The notes beneath the pieces were generated by a model. That model worked only from the letters and a program-made list of their open reading frames with translations. It made no database searches and was not told the origin of the DNA. A stretch of DNA of 26,039 bases, taken from contig NW_021835640.1 of assembly GCF_006345805.1 (NCBI RefSeq), positions 1-26,039 of the forward strand, given 5' to 3'. Below are positions 9,481-20,911 of the stretch, one piece after another (the first letter of the stretch is position 1; each line of letters starts with the position of its first letter). The translations under genes and the position numbers were made by a program. The DNA is from Octopus sinensis (Eukaryota).

Positions 9481-10010
9481 AGTGGCTGTGTGGTAAGTAG
9501 CTTGCTTCCCAACCACATGGTTTCGGGTTCAGTCCCACTGCGTGGCACCTTGGGCAAGTGTCTTCTGCTATAGCCTCGTGCCGACCAAAGCCTTGTGAGT
9601 GGATTTGGTAGACGGAAACTGAAAGAAGCCTGTCGTATATATGTATATATGTATATATATGCATGTATATGTTTGTTGTTTGTGTCTGTGTTTGTCCCCC
9701 TAGCATCGCTTGACAACCGATGCTGGTGTGTCTCTGTCCCCGTCACTTAGCGGTTCGGCAAAAAGAGACCAATAGAATAAGTACTGGGCTTACAAAGAAT
9801 AAGTCCTGGAGTCTATTTGCTCGACTAAAGGTGGTGCTCCAGCATGGCCGCAGTCAAATGACTGAAACAAGTAAAAGAGAAAAGAGACTGATAGAATAAG
9901 TACTGGGCTTACAAAGAATAAGTCCTGGAGTCTATTTGCTCGACTAAAGGCGGTGCTCCAGCATGGCCGCAGTCAAATGACTGAAACAAGTAAAAGAAAG
10001 AAAGAAAAGA
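9481..10010 (+). mobile_element. SINE-A with duplicated 3' ~115 bp
   Basis: Tail is repeated via the gtaaaagag/aaaagagac junction at ~9871-9890. Confidence 0.88.
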
Positions 10011-10042
10011 AAGATAACAACAGAATAAAAAAACATTCTCCC

Positions 10043-10437
10043 TTTTTCTGTTTCAGTCATTTGACTGCGACCATGCTGGAGCACCGCCTTTAGTTGAGCA
10101 ACTCGACCCCGGGACTTATTCTTTTGTAAGCCCAGTACTTATTTTATCGGTCTCTTTTGCCGAACCGCTAAGTAACGGGGACATAAACACACCAGCATCG
10201 GTTTTCAAGCAATGCTTAGGGGGACAAACACAGAGACACAAACAAACACACACACATATGTATACCTATATACGACGGGCTTGTTTCAGTTTATGTCTAC
10301 CAAATCCACTCACAAGGCTTTGGTTGACCCGAGGCTATAGTAGAAAACACTTGCTCAAGGTGCCACGCAGTGGGACTGAACCCAGAACCATGTGGTTGGT
10401 AAACAAGCTACTTATTACCACACAGCCACTTCTGCGC
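10043..10437 (-). mobile_element. SINE-A copy, tail-to-tail with 9481-10010
   Basis: Reverse-complement match to the family. Confidence 0.88.
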
Positions 10438-10594
10438 ATTGGATGCAGTAGTTCTAGAAGTCTTCAATGAAACAGAAAATGGCATGAGGTTCGCAGATGG
10501 GATGTGCTTCAATATCGGTCTTCTTGGTGAGGAAAGGCGTAAAGATAAATAACAAAAACAACAGCGTCAGTGATAATAAATACAGAAATATTAC

Positions 10595-10723
10595 CTGATC
10601 TATTAAATTGAATGATATGGTAACTGGCTCATCGAGGTTGGTTATTGAAATTTTAGGAATATTTGCGGCAATAATGTGACTGATAATTGTAGTATTTGCT
10701 TCGGTACTAGATTTTTGTATTAC
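10595..10723 (-). CDS. aGPCR exon, GAIN B: VIQKSSTEANTTIISHIIAANIPKISITNLDEPVTISFNLIDQ
   Basis: Acceptor ctcttctttacag, donor gtaata; 129 nt, phase 0-0; SHII.A and NLDEPV.ISF are the usual pre-GPS motifs. Confidence 0.92.
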
Positions 10724-10854
10724 CTGTAAAGAAGAGTTATTAAATGAACAAATTTATTCCATAGAATATATTGTTAAAGTATGAAACGACCACGTTAGTA
10801 CTTTAGTCATTACTTTTGTCAGCAAAACAACTTAATACAATTTATATTACCAAT

Positions 10855-13280
10855 GACATGCATAAGATCTGGTCATCAAATCTAAGTAGAGACTTCAAAC
10901 TTGAAATATTCAAAGCCACAGTCGAACCAATTCTACTATTTGGCTCAGAAACCTGGACGTTATCAAAGAAGCTTGAGAGGCGGTTCGATGGAACCTACAC
11001 TCGCCTCCTTATCAGAGCTCAAAATCTCTCGTGGAAGCGTCATCCAACCAAAGTACAAATATATGGGAAACTACCACCTGTATCATCTCTTGTGAAAGGT
11101 AGGAGAGTCCAGTTTGCTGGACATTGTTGTAGAGCTGAAAACGAGGCAATTTCTACTCTTCTCCTCTGGAAGCCATCTGCTCGCAATACCAGAAGGCGCA
11201 CACTCTCCTACCCTGATGTAATTTCCAGGGATACAGGTATCCAGCAACAGGACCTCCGTAATGCCATGATGGACTGTGAAATCTGGCGTAACATAGTAAA
11301 TTCCATTGTCTTGACCACGGTCAAACAATGATGATGAAGACAAAATATTACATAAGATCTGGTCATCAAAGCTAAGTAGAGACTTCAAACTTAAAATCTT
11401 CAAAGCCACAGTCGAACCAATTCTACTATTTGGCTCAGAACCTGGACGTTATCAAGAAGCTTGAGAGGCGGTTGGATGGAACCTACACTCGCCTCCTTAT
11501 GAGAGCTCAAAATCTCTCGTGGAAGCGCCATCCAAACAAAATGCAAATATATGGGAAACTACCACCTGTGTCATCTCTTGTGAAAGGTAGGAGAGTCCAG
11601 TTTGCTGGACATTGTTGTAGAGCTGAAAACGAGGCAATTCTACTCTTCTCCTCTGGAAGCCATCTGCTCGCAATACCAGAAGGCGCACACTCTCCTACCC
11701 TGATGTAATCTCCAGGGATACAGGTATCCAGCAACAGGACCTCCGTAATGCCATGATGGACTGTGAAATCTGGCATAACATAGTAAATTCCATTGTCTTG
11801 ACCACGGTCAAACAATGATGATGAAAACAAAATATTACATAAGATCTGGTCATCAAATCTAAGTAGAGACTTCAAACTTGAAATCTTCAAAGTCACAGTC
11901 GAACCAATTCTACTATTTGGCTCAGAAACCTGGACGTTATCAAAGAAGCTTGAGAGGCGGTTGGATGGAACCTACACTCGCCTCCTTATCAGGGCTCAAA
12001 ATCTCTCGTGGAAGCGTCATCCAACCAAAGTACAAATATATGGGAAACTACCACCTGTATCATCTCTTGTGAAAGGTAGGAGAGTCCAGTTTGCTGGACA
12101 TTGTTGTAGAGCTGAAAACGAGGCAATTTCTACTCTTCTCCTCTGGAAGCCATCTGCTCGCAATACCAGAAGGCGCACACTCTCCTACCCTGATGTAATT
12201 TCCAGGGATACAGGTATCCAGCAACAGGACCTCCGTAATGCCATGATGGACTGTGAAATCTGGCGTAACATAGTAAATTCCATTGTCTTGACCACGGTCA
12301 AACAATGATGATGAAGACAAAATATTACATAAGATCTGGTCATCAAATCTAAGTAGAGACTTCAAACTTAAAATCTTCAAAGCCACAGTCGAACCAATTC
12401 TACTATTTGGCTCAGAAACCTGGACGTTATCAAAGAAGCTTGAGAGGCGGTTGGATGGAACCTACACTCGCCTCCTTGTGAGAGCTCAAAATCTCTCGTG
12501 GAAGCGCCATCCAAACAAAATGCAAATATATGGGAAACTACCACCTGTGTCATCTCTTGTGAAAGGTAGGAGAGTCCAGTTTGCTGGACATTGTTGTAGA
12601 GCTGAAAACGAGGCAATTTCTACTCTTCTCCTCTGGAAGCCATCTGCTCGCAATACCAGAAGGCGCACACTCTCCTACCCTGATGTAATCTCCAGGGATA
12701 CAGGTATCCAGCAACAGGACCTCCGTAATGCCATGATGGACTGTGAAATCTGGCATAACATAGTAAATTCCATTGTCTTGACCACGGTCAAACAATGATG
12801 ATGAAGACAAAATATTACATAAGATCTGGTCATCAAATCTAAGTAGAGACTTCAAACTTGAAATCTTCAAAGTCACAGTCGAACCAATTCTACTATTTGG
12901 CTCAGAAACCTGGACGTTATCAAAGAAGCTTGAGAGGCGGTTGGATGGAACCTACACTCGCCTCCTTATCAGAGCTCAAAATCTCTCGTGGAAGCGCCAT
13001 CCAAACAAAATGCAAATATATGGGAAACTACCACCTGTGTCATCTCTTGTGAAAGGTAGGAGAGTCCAGTTTGCTGGACATTGTTGTAGAGCTGAAAACG
13101 AGGTAATTTCTCCTCTTCTCCTCAGGAAGCCATCTGCTCGCGATACCAGAGGGCGCACAGGCATCCAGCAACAGGACCTCCGTAATGCTATGATGGACCG
13201 TGAAGTCTGGCGTAGCATGGTAAATTCCATTGTCTCGACCACGGTCGAACAATGATGATGAAGACAAAATATTACATAAG
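10855..13280 (+). repeat. Tandem array of five RTE-group LINE 3' ends (490, 487, 490, 490, 457 bp)
   Basis: Units start at cataagatctgg: 10861, 11351, 11838, 12328, 12818. They encode KIWSS...EPILLFGSETWTLSKKLERRLDGTYTRLL...RRVQFAGHC...WRNIV then a (TGA)n tail, typical of RTE ORF2 C-termini. Confidence 0.92.
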
Positions 13281-13974
13281 TTCACACCCAAGGGTTGTAC
13301 TTTTTCTAAGTAATGGTTTATTTGTTTTATATCGAAATTGTTAGCATAACGGCTGGTGTTATGTATGTCTGTGTACTTAAGTTCTAGGTGTGTCCTCTGT
13401 TTAATCTCTCTGCACAGTGCATTGGGTAAGCCATTTCTATCACAGCCTCTAATAACCAGAGAAATTCGGCAGTTGTTTGTAAAAGACATATATATGTATG
13501 TATGTATGTAGTGGAAGTCGATGCGTGAGCGAGTAGAACCACTCCTTAAACTTCTTTATTCTAATGAACACTATACATTCGGTTCTTATCGCTGATGACG
13601 TCTTAAGGTCTACAAAGGACATGCAAGTCATTCCACATTGATTAGAAATTAGTTTTCCCGTAGCAGTCTGACTATCTAGCTGTTGAAACTTATAATACCG
13701 GTTGAGAGCACTGGCCGACCTACATTCTTTGTTACACAAGGGAGCACGAGAAATCATGTTGGATATCATATTGGTAGATGGATGATTTTGTGAATTCATT
13801 TGGGTCTGAGTAGGTTTGCCTTTAACAACTAGATACGACCATACTTGTCCCACGAAAGAGATACTTTAAAGCCATTCTCACGTTTTCCATATATTTACCA
13901 GTACGTTTCAACTTCGGTTACGTATCGCTGTTTCTTGTAAATTTCTTTAATATCAGTAGCTATTAGATTCCTCC

Positions 13975-14360
13975 GTGGAGGCGCAATGGCCCAGTGGTTA
14001 GGGCAGCGGACTCGCGGTCGTAAGATCGCGGTTTCGATTCCCAGACCGGGCATTGTGAGTGTTTATTGAGCGAAAACACCTAAAGCTTCACAGGGCTCCT
14101 GCAGGGGTGGTGGCGACCCCTGCTGTACTCTTTCACCACAACTTTCTCTCACTCTTTCTTCCTGTTTCTGTTGTACCTGTATTTCAAAGGGGCCAGCCTT
14201 GTCACACTCTGTGTCACGCTGAGAATATCCCCGAGAACTACGTTAAGGGTGCACGTGTCTGTGGAATGCTCAGCCACTTGCACGTTAATTCCACGAGCAA
14301 GCTGTTCCGTTGATCGTATCAGCTGGGACCCTCATCATCGTAAACGAAGGAGTGCTCCTA
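13975..14360 (+). mobile_element. SINE-C full-length, 14 bp TSD tattagattcctcc
   Basis: TSD at 13961-13974 and 14361-14374; A box tggcccagtgg, B-box-like ggtttcgattcc. Confidence 0.92.
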
Positions 14361-14660
14361 TATTAGATTCCTCCACAACTCCATATCTGATGCAAGATCT
14401 TCCCAGGTGTTTGTATCGATATTGACCTTTTCAAGTGTATCTTTAAGCTTGTCATTGAAACGCTCGGGTTGCTTGCAATGGGACTTTTTCCTTGCTCCTG
14501 CTCACCATACAGCATCTGTTTTCTTTGGGTACTGTTGTCTCCAAAAGGCACAAAATGATCAGACCTTCTAAGTAGGTGTTTCATAATCATGGTCTCGTTA
14601 CCGTCAGTTTTGCCAGCTGCAAGCATTCCCATATCAGGTGCATGATATTACCATGAGATA

Positions 14661-15060
14661 TCTTTATATATAAAAGAGAAGTTGTGTGTCTGTCTCCTAC
14701 GATTTAGATTCCTAACTACTCCCACATTTTGCGGTGCAGTTTAACCAAAACCGGGTATCTTATAGTCGTGATTCATATCGAGCCCTTCTGGGTATTAGCG
14801 CGCATCTACGATGAGTCTACGATTTTTAAAATAATTTACCATCCTTTTTTTCCATTTTAATGCATTTTTTCGCTATTATATAAGGGAAGTAACTCTCTAA
14901 AAATGTCTACGATGAGTCAACGATTTTAAAAAAGATCTACCATTATTTTTTTTCCATTTTTAATGCATTTTTTTTTGCTATTTTTTGGCTACAACTCTCT
15001 AAAAATGCTGATATAGTTATTTCCCTTACAAACCCGAGCAACGCCGGGCGATACTGCTAG
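14661..15060 (+). mobile_element. Non-autonomous Helitron-like element (400 bp)
   Basis: 5' TC, 3' CTAG, GC hairpin cccgagcaacgccggg at 15033-15048, inserted at A/T with no TSD. Confidence 0.85.
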
Positions 15061-15264
15061 TTCCGTATATTACACAAACATCGTTGGTGGCATCGCTCAA
15101 GACTTTGGATATGCCTGATATGCCTACAGTAGGCTGTTAGGTCTCGAATTCATACAACAGCATTCTAAAGGTACATGCTTGATAAACTTTAATTTTCGTT
15201 GATTCTTTGATGCTTGATTGCCGCCAGATCCTCGATTCAAGCTTTTCAAATGCATCACAGGCCT

Positions 15265-15303
15265 TCCGCCTGGCGTGCTAACTCCTCTGCCAGCTCGCCG
15301 CCT
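15265..15303 (-). mobile_element. SINE-B head fragment
   Basis: Minus strand ggcggcgagctggcagaggagttagcacgccaggcgg. Confidence 0.7.
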
Positions 15304-15332
15304 TAATATACTACGTACTCGCATTGTCTTTT

Positions 15333-16102
15333 CGCGAGCAGATGGCTTCCAGAGGAGAAGAGTAGAAATTACCTCGTTTTCAATTCTACAACAATGTCCA
15401 GCAAACTGGACTCTTCTACCTTTCACAAGAGATGACACAGGTGGTAATTTCCCATATATTTGTACTTTGGTTGGATGACGCTTCCACGAGAGATTTTGAG
15501 CTCTGATAAGGAGGCGAGTGTAGGTTCCATCGAACCGCCTCTCAAGCTTCTTTGATAACGTCCAGGTTTCTGAGCCATATAATAGAATTGGTTCCACTGT
15601 GACTTGGAAGATTTCAAGTTTGAAGTCTCTACTTAGATTTGATGACCAGATCTTATGTAATATTTTGTCTTCATCATCATTGTTTGACCGTGGTCAAGAC
15701 AAAGGAATTTACAATGTTACACCAGATTTCACAGTCCATCATGGCATTACGGAGGTCTTGTTGCTGGATGCCTGTATCCCTGAAAATTACATCAGGGTAG
15801 GAGAGTGTGTGCCTTCTGGTATTGCGAGCAGATGGCTTCCAGAGGAGAAGAGTAGAAATTACCTCGTTTTCAGCTCTCATAAGGAGGTGAGTGTAAGTTC
15901 CATCCAACCGCCTCTCAAGCTTCTTTGATAACGTCCAGGTTTCTGAGCCATATAATAGAATTGGTTCGACTGTGACTTTGAAGATTTTAAGTTTGAAGTC
16001 TCTACTTAGATTTGATGACCAGATCTTATGCATATCATTTGTAATATAAATTGTATTAAGTTGTTTTGCTGACCATAGTAATGACGTCTAAGTACTAACG
16101 TG
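15333..16102 (-). repeat. Inverted partial copy of the RTE-tail array (leader + deleted unit + truncated unit)
   Basis: Contains the same unit junction (15648-15690) and the same non-coding leader as 10791-10860. The first unit is internally deleted between two agagct motifs. Confidence 0.88.
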
Positions 16103-16146
16103 CTCCGTTGCTTTTTTTTATTAATTATTATACATATATATATATA

Positions 16147-16495
16147 TAGGCGCAGGAGTGGCTGTGTGGTAAGTAGATTGCTTACCAACCACATGGTTCC
16201 GGGTTCAATCCCACTGCGTGGCATCTTGGGCAAGTGTCTTCTGCTATAGCCTCGGGCCCACCAAAGCATTGTGAGTGGATTTGGTAGACGGAAACTGAAA
16301 GAAGCCTGTCGTATATATGTATATATGCATAGGCGCAGGAGTGACTGTGTGGTAAGTAGCTTGCTTACAAACCACATGGTTCCGGGTTCAGTCCCACTGC
16401 GTGGCATCTTGGGCAAGTGTCTTCTGCTATAGCCTCGGGCCACCAAAGCATTGTGAGTGGATTTGGTAGACGGAAACTGAAAGAAGTCCGTCGTA

Positions 16496-16541
<46 letters not shown>

Positions 16542-16763
16542 GTGTGTGTGTGTATGTGTGTGTTTGTGTGTCTGTGTTTGTCCCCCTAGCATTGTTTGAC
16601 AACCGATGCTGGTGTGTTTACGTCCCCGTCACTTATCGGTTCGGCAAAACAGACCGATAGAATAAGCACTGGGCTTACAAAGAATAAGTCCCGGGGTCGA
16701 TTTGCTCGACAAAAGGCGGTGCTCCAGCATGGCCGCAGTCAAATGACTGAAACAAGTAAAGAG
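16147..16763 (+). mobile_element. SINE-A with duplicated head (16147-16329 plus full copy from 16330)
   Basis: Junction gtatatatgca/taggcgcaggagtgactgtg. Confidence 0.88.
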
Positions 16764-16777
16764 TATATATATATATG

Positions 16778-17171
16778 GTGGAGGCGCAATGGCCCAGTGG
16801 TTAGGGCAGCGGACTCGCGGTCATAGGATCGCGGTCATAGGATCGCGGTTTCGATTCTCAGACCGGGCGTTGTGAGTGTTTATTGAGCGAAAACACCTAA
16901 AGCTCCACGAGGCTCCGGCAGGGGATGGTGGTGATCCCTGCTGTACTCTTTCACCACAACTTTCTCTCACTCTTACTTCCTGTTTCTGTTGTACCTGTAT
17001 TTCAAAGGGCCGGCCTTGTCACCCTCTCTCTGTGTCACGCTGAATATCCCCGAGAACTACGTTAAGGGTACACGTGTCTGTGGAGTGCTCAGCCACTTAC
17101 ACGTTAATTTCACGAGCAGGCTGTTCCGTTGATTCGGATCAACCGGAACCTTCATCGACGGAGTGCTTCCA
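16778..17171 (+). mobile_element. SINE-C full-length with an internal 14 bp duplication
   Basis: Matches 13975-14360 and 23495-23876; cgcggtcataggat occurs twice. Confidence 0.9.
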
Positions 17172-17320
17172 TTCCATATATATATATGGGGGTAGGTATA
17201 GAGATAAACATTGGTAGCTGTCTTGTATTATCATTATTTAATCCATTTTAAGAAAATACAATGAATTCAAGCATTGTTTAATCAGATAGATAAAGAAAGA
17301 TTTCCATGCATGTTCCCTAC

Positions 17321-17479
17321 CCTTTGAATTTTATCATCCCGCATAAAGACAAAAGAGATCCTAGACATAGTCGACAGGCCTTCATCTTGGAGATGTTTCA
17401 TCAAGCTCCTTGGTAAGGAAATGAAGTCCATGTCCTTCGTTTCTTCCTGTGGTGTTTCTGCATAAGAGCTGTTGTATAT
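17321..17479 (-). CDS. aGPCR exon, GAIN: IYNSSYAETPQEETKDMDFISLPRSLMKHLQDEGLSTMSRISFVFMRDDKIQR
   Basis: Long pyrimidine tract then cag, donor gtaggg; 159 nt, phase 0-0; the ISLP.SL and RISF..DDK motifs resemble GAIN subdomain B. Confidence 0.9.
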
Positions 17480-17523
17480 CTGAGGGAAGAAAAGGAAAGG
17501 AAAAGAAATGAAATTGACAAATA

Positions 17524-17525
<2 letters not shown>

Positions 17526-17556
<31 letters not shown>

Positions 17557-17599
17557 GCTACTACTACTACTAGTACTAATGCTGCTGCTACTGCTGCTG

Positions 17600-17630
<31 letters not shown>

Positions 17631-17810
17631 TGTTACTAATACTACTGCTGCTGCTTCTGAAACTACTACTACTACTACTACTGCTACTACTGCTACAACT
17701 ACTACTACTTCTACTACTACTACTGTTACTAATACTACTGCTGCTACTACTACTGCTGCTACTATTACTACTACTACTACTACTTCTACTACTGCTACTA
17801 CTCTGCTGCA

Positions 17811-17843
<33 letters not shown>

Positions 17844-17865
17844 GCTGCTTCTACAACTACTGCTG

Positions 17866-17897
<32 letters not shown>

Positions 17898-17922
17898 GCT
17901 GCTGCTACTACTACTACTGCTG

Positions 17923-17957
<35 letters not shown>

Positions 17958-18333
17958 GCTGCTGCTGCTACTACTACTACTGCTGCTACTACTACTACTA
18001 CTACTACTACTGCTACTACTACTACTGCTACTACTACTACTACTACTACTTCTGCTACTACTACTACTGCTACTACTACTACTACTACTACTTCTGCTAC
18101 TACTACTGCTGCTACTACTGCTACTACTACTGCTGCTACTACTACTACTACTTCTGCTACTACTACTACTGCTACTACTACTACTACTACTTCTGCTACT
18201 ACTACTACTGCTACTACTACTACTACTACTTCTGCTACTACTACTACTGCTACTACTACTACTACTACTTCTGCTACTACTACTACTACTGCTACTATTA
18301 CTACTACTATTACTACTGCTGCTGCTGCTGCTG
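17526..18333. repeat. ~810 bp (CTA/CTG)n trinucleotide tract
   Basis: Directly visible; source of the poly-S, poly-L and poly-Y ORFs. Confidence 0.97.
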
Positions 18334-18722
18334 TTTTAGCTTTTACTTATTCCCCAATTGCTCCATTGCAAAAACATTACAGTTAACATAACAAAAACTC
18401 CCTACCGATACCTGGTTTAACTACCCCCATATAACCCCTCATATTTTTTTTTTTTTTACTTTTTAGAATTTTCAGAAAAGATTTGCTAATTTGTCTTTTA
18501 CACACAAGAAATCATACAGAAAGGTTTTTTGTGTGTAATTTAAGGGTGGTTTAGCTGTTATTTTTAGCATATTTTACGACGTGATACTTACCTCGTTTCT
18601 TTGTCACTCAAATGTATTAATGCTTTTCAAAATTTTACTCCTCTTAACACATATAATGGCCCATTGCTGGGATTTGGCAAGAAATTCAGACCGTCCATAT
18701 TTTAAGCTCCGATTTATAAAAG

Positions 18723-19430
18723 AGTGGCTGTGTGGTAAGTAGCTTGCTAACCAACCACATGGTTCCGGGTTCAGTCCCACTGCGTGGCATCTTGAGCAAG
18801 TGTCTTCTGCTATAGCCCCGGGCCGACCAAAGCCTTGTGAGTGGATTTGGTAGACGGAAACTGAAAGAAGCCTGTCGTATATATGTATATATGCATAGGC
18901 GCAGGAGTGACTGTGTGGTAAGTAGCTTGCTTACAAACCACATGGTTCCGGGTTCAGTCCCACTGCGTGGCATCTTGAGTAAGTGTCTTCTGCTATAGCC
19001 CCGGGCCGACCAATACCTTGTGAGTGGATTTGGTAGACGGAAACTGAAAGAAGCCCGTCGTATATATGTATATATATGTATGTTTATGTGTGTGTATGTG
19101 TTTGCGTTTGTCCCCCTAGCATTGCTTGGCAACCGATGTTGGTGTGTTTACGTCCCCGTAACTTAGCGGTTCGGCAAAAGAGAATGATAGAATAAGTACT
19201 GGGCTTACAAAGAATAAGTCCCGGGGTCGAGTTGCTCGACTAAAGGTGGTGCTCCAGCATGGCCACAGTCAAATGACTGAAACAAGTAAAAGAGTAAAAG
19301 AGAAAAGAGACCGATAGAATAAGTACTGGGCTTACAAAGAATAAGTCCCGGGGTAGATTTGCTCGACTAAAGGGGGTGCTCCAGCATGGCCACAGTCAAA
19401 TGACTGAAACAAGTAAAAGAGTAAAAGAGT
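18723..19430 (+). mobile_element. SINE-A with duplicated head and duplicated tail
   Basis: Second head starts at 18896; second tail starts at ~19303. Confidence 0.88.
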
Positions 19431-19673
19431 AAGGGTGGAAAGTTTAGGGTGTATAAGCGGTAGGGTGGGTTTAAAAGGAATTAATTTCGTAATCGTATGA
19501 ATTTTTGTGTGTAGAACACAAAGTTGAAGAAGTTATCTGAAAATTCCCAAATATAAGAAGTCATGAGGGTTTATATGGATTACCTAATCCAGAATTTTGC
19601 CAGCTGCCATTATCACCTAATACCATTTTCTCAATATCTTTCTTATTCTCGGGTGCCCAGTGACAGGAATATA

Positions 19674-19903
19674 TATTTCTTTACTACCCACGAGGGGCTA
19701 AACATAGAGGGGACAAACAAGAACAGACAAACAGATTAAGTCGATTTGATCGACCCCAGTGCGTAACTGGTACTTATTGAATCGACCCCGAAAGGATGAA
19801 AGGCAAAGTTGACCTCGGCGAACTTTGAAGTCAGAACGTAGCGGCAGACGAAATACGGCTACGCATTTCGCCCGGCGTGCTAACTATTCTGCCAGCCCGC
19901 CGC
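19674..19903 (-). mobile_element. SINE-B copy
   Basis: Family match, reverse complement. Confidence 0.88.
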
Positions 19904-20119
19904 ATAATATATTATATATATATATATATATAATATATATATATATATATAATAATATATATATATATTATATATATATATATATATACACATATTATAT
20001 ATATACATATATATATATTATGTATTATATATACATATATAAAAGCAATTAAGATTCAAGTCAATTCTAATGAATTCACTTGAATATGGTACTTAACTTA
20101 GATGCACCAGAAAACTATA

Positions 20120-20158
<39 letters not shown>

Positions 20159-20163
20159 TATAC

Positions 20164-20194
<31 letters not shown>

Positions 20195-20583
20195 CTAGCA
20201 TATCGCCCGGCGTTGCTCGGGTTTGTAAGGGAAATAACTATAAATATTTTAGAGAGTTATAGCCAAAAAATGGGGAAAAAATGATGGTAAATTGTTTTTA
20301 GTTAAAAAGGTCGAGTTGCGTCCCCTAGACAGTCTGTGGTTTGTGTTTCTGATTGTCGACCCCATGTCGAATTTATTGATTTTTTTCAGAACTGGGGGAA
20401 CTTTTCAAAATTTTCGCTGCGTTAGTTTTGAATTATGACATTAGGCTATGTGTGTGTCAAGTTTCATCAGAATCGGTTGAAAGCCGTGGTCAGGTGAGGG
20501 TACACCAAACAGACACACAGACACACACACAGACAAACTGCCGTTTATATATAGAGAGATACATATATAATATATATATATAC

Positions 20584-20666
<83 letters not shown>

Positions 20667-20809
20667 CATATATAAAAGCAATTAAGATTCAAGTCAATTC
20701 TAATGAATTCACTTGAATATGGTACTTAACTTAGATGCACCAGAAAACTTATACATACATATATATATATATATATATAATATATATATATATCAATATA
20801 TATATATAC

Positions 20810-20856
<47 letters not shown>

Positions 20857-20863
20857 TATATAC

Positions 20864-20911
<48 letters not shown>

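Larger units (their letters stand above)
13680..15268 (-). mobile_element. Decayed RTE/BovB-like LINE ORF2 3' fragment, split by SINE-C and a Helitron-like element
   Basis: Pieces read KACDAFEKLESRIWRQSSIKESTKIKVYQAC...; CNIRNISW (restored in frame by removing 14661-15060); ETMIMKHLL..KQMLYGEQEQGK; DKLKDTLEKVNIDTNTWEDLASDMELWR; PLCNKECRS. Confidence 0.82.

Noticed and set aside
10816-13255. Repeated 104-171 aa ORFs as a host gene family
   Set aside because: They are RTE ORF2 C-termini lacking the RT and endonuclease cores, antisense within an intron.
13281-13489. Open minus-strand stretch (ISLVIRGCDRNG...) and a plus-strand cag/8 nt/gtaag microexon-like motif
   Set aside because: No recognisable homology. 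The flanking aGPCR exons already join in frame without it, and the microexon motif is on the non-gene strand.
14363-14632. ORF as terminal exon of the aGPCR
   Set aside because: It is a frameshifted RTE ORF2 remnant, and the host gene continues to TM exons at lower coordinates.
17401-18391. Poly-Ser, poly-Leu and poly-Tyr ORFs
   Set aside because: Translations of the (CTA/CTG)n tract.
1439-19132. Recurrent ORFs such as ARGYSRRHLPKMPRSGTEPGTMWLVSKLL
   Set aside because: Antisense translations of SINE-A copies; recurrence reflects repeat copy number.
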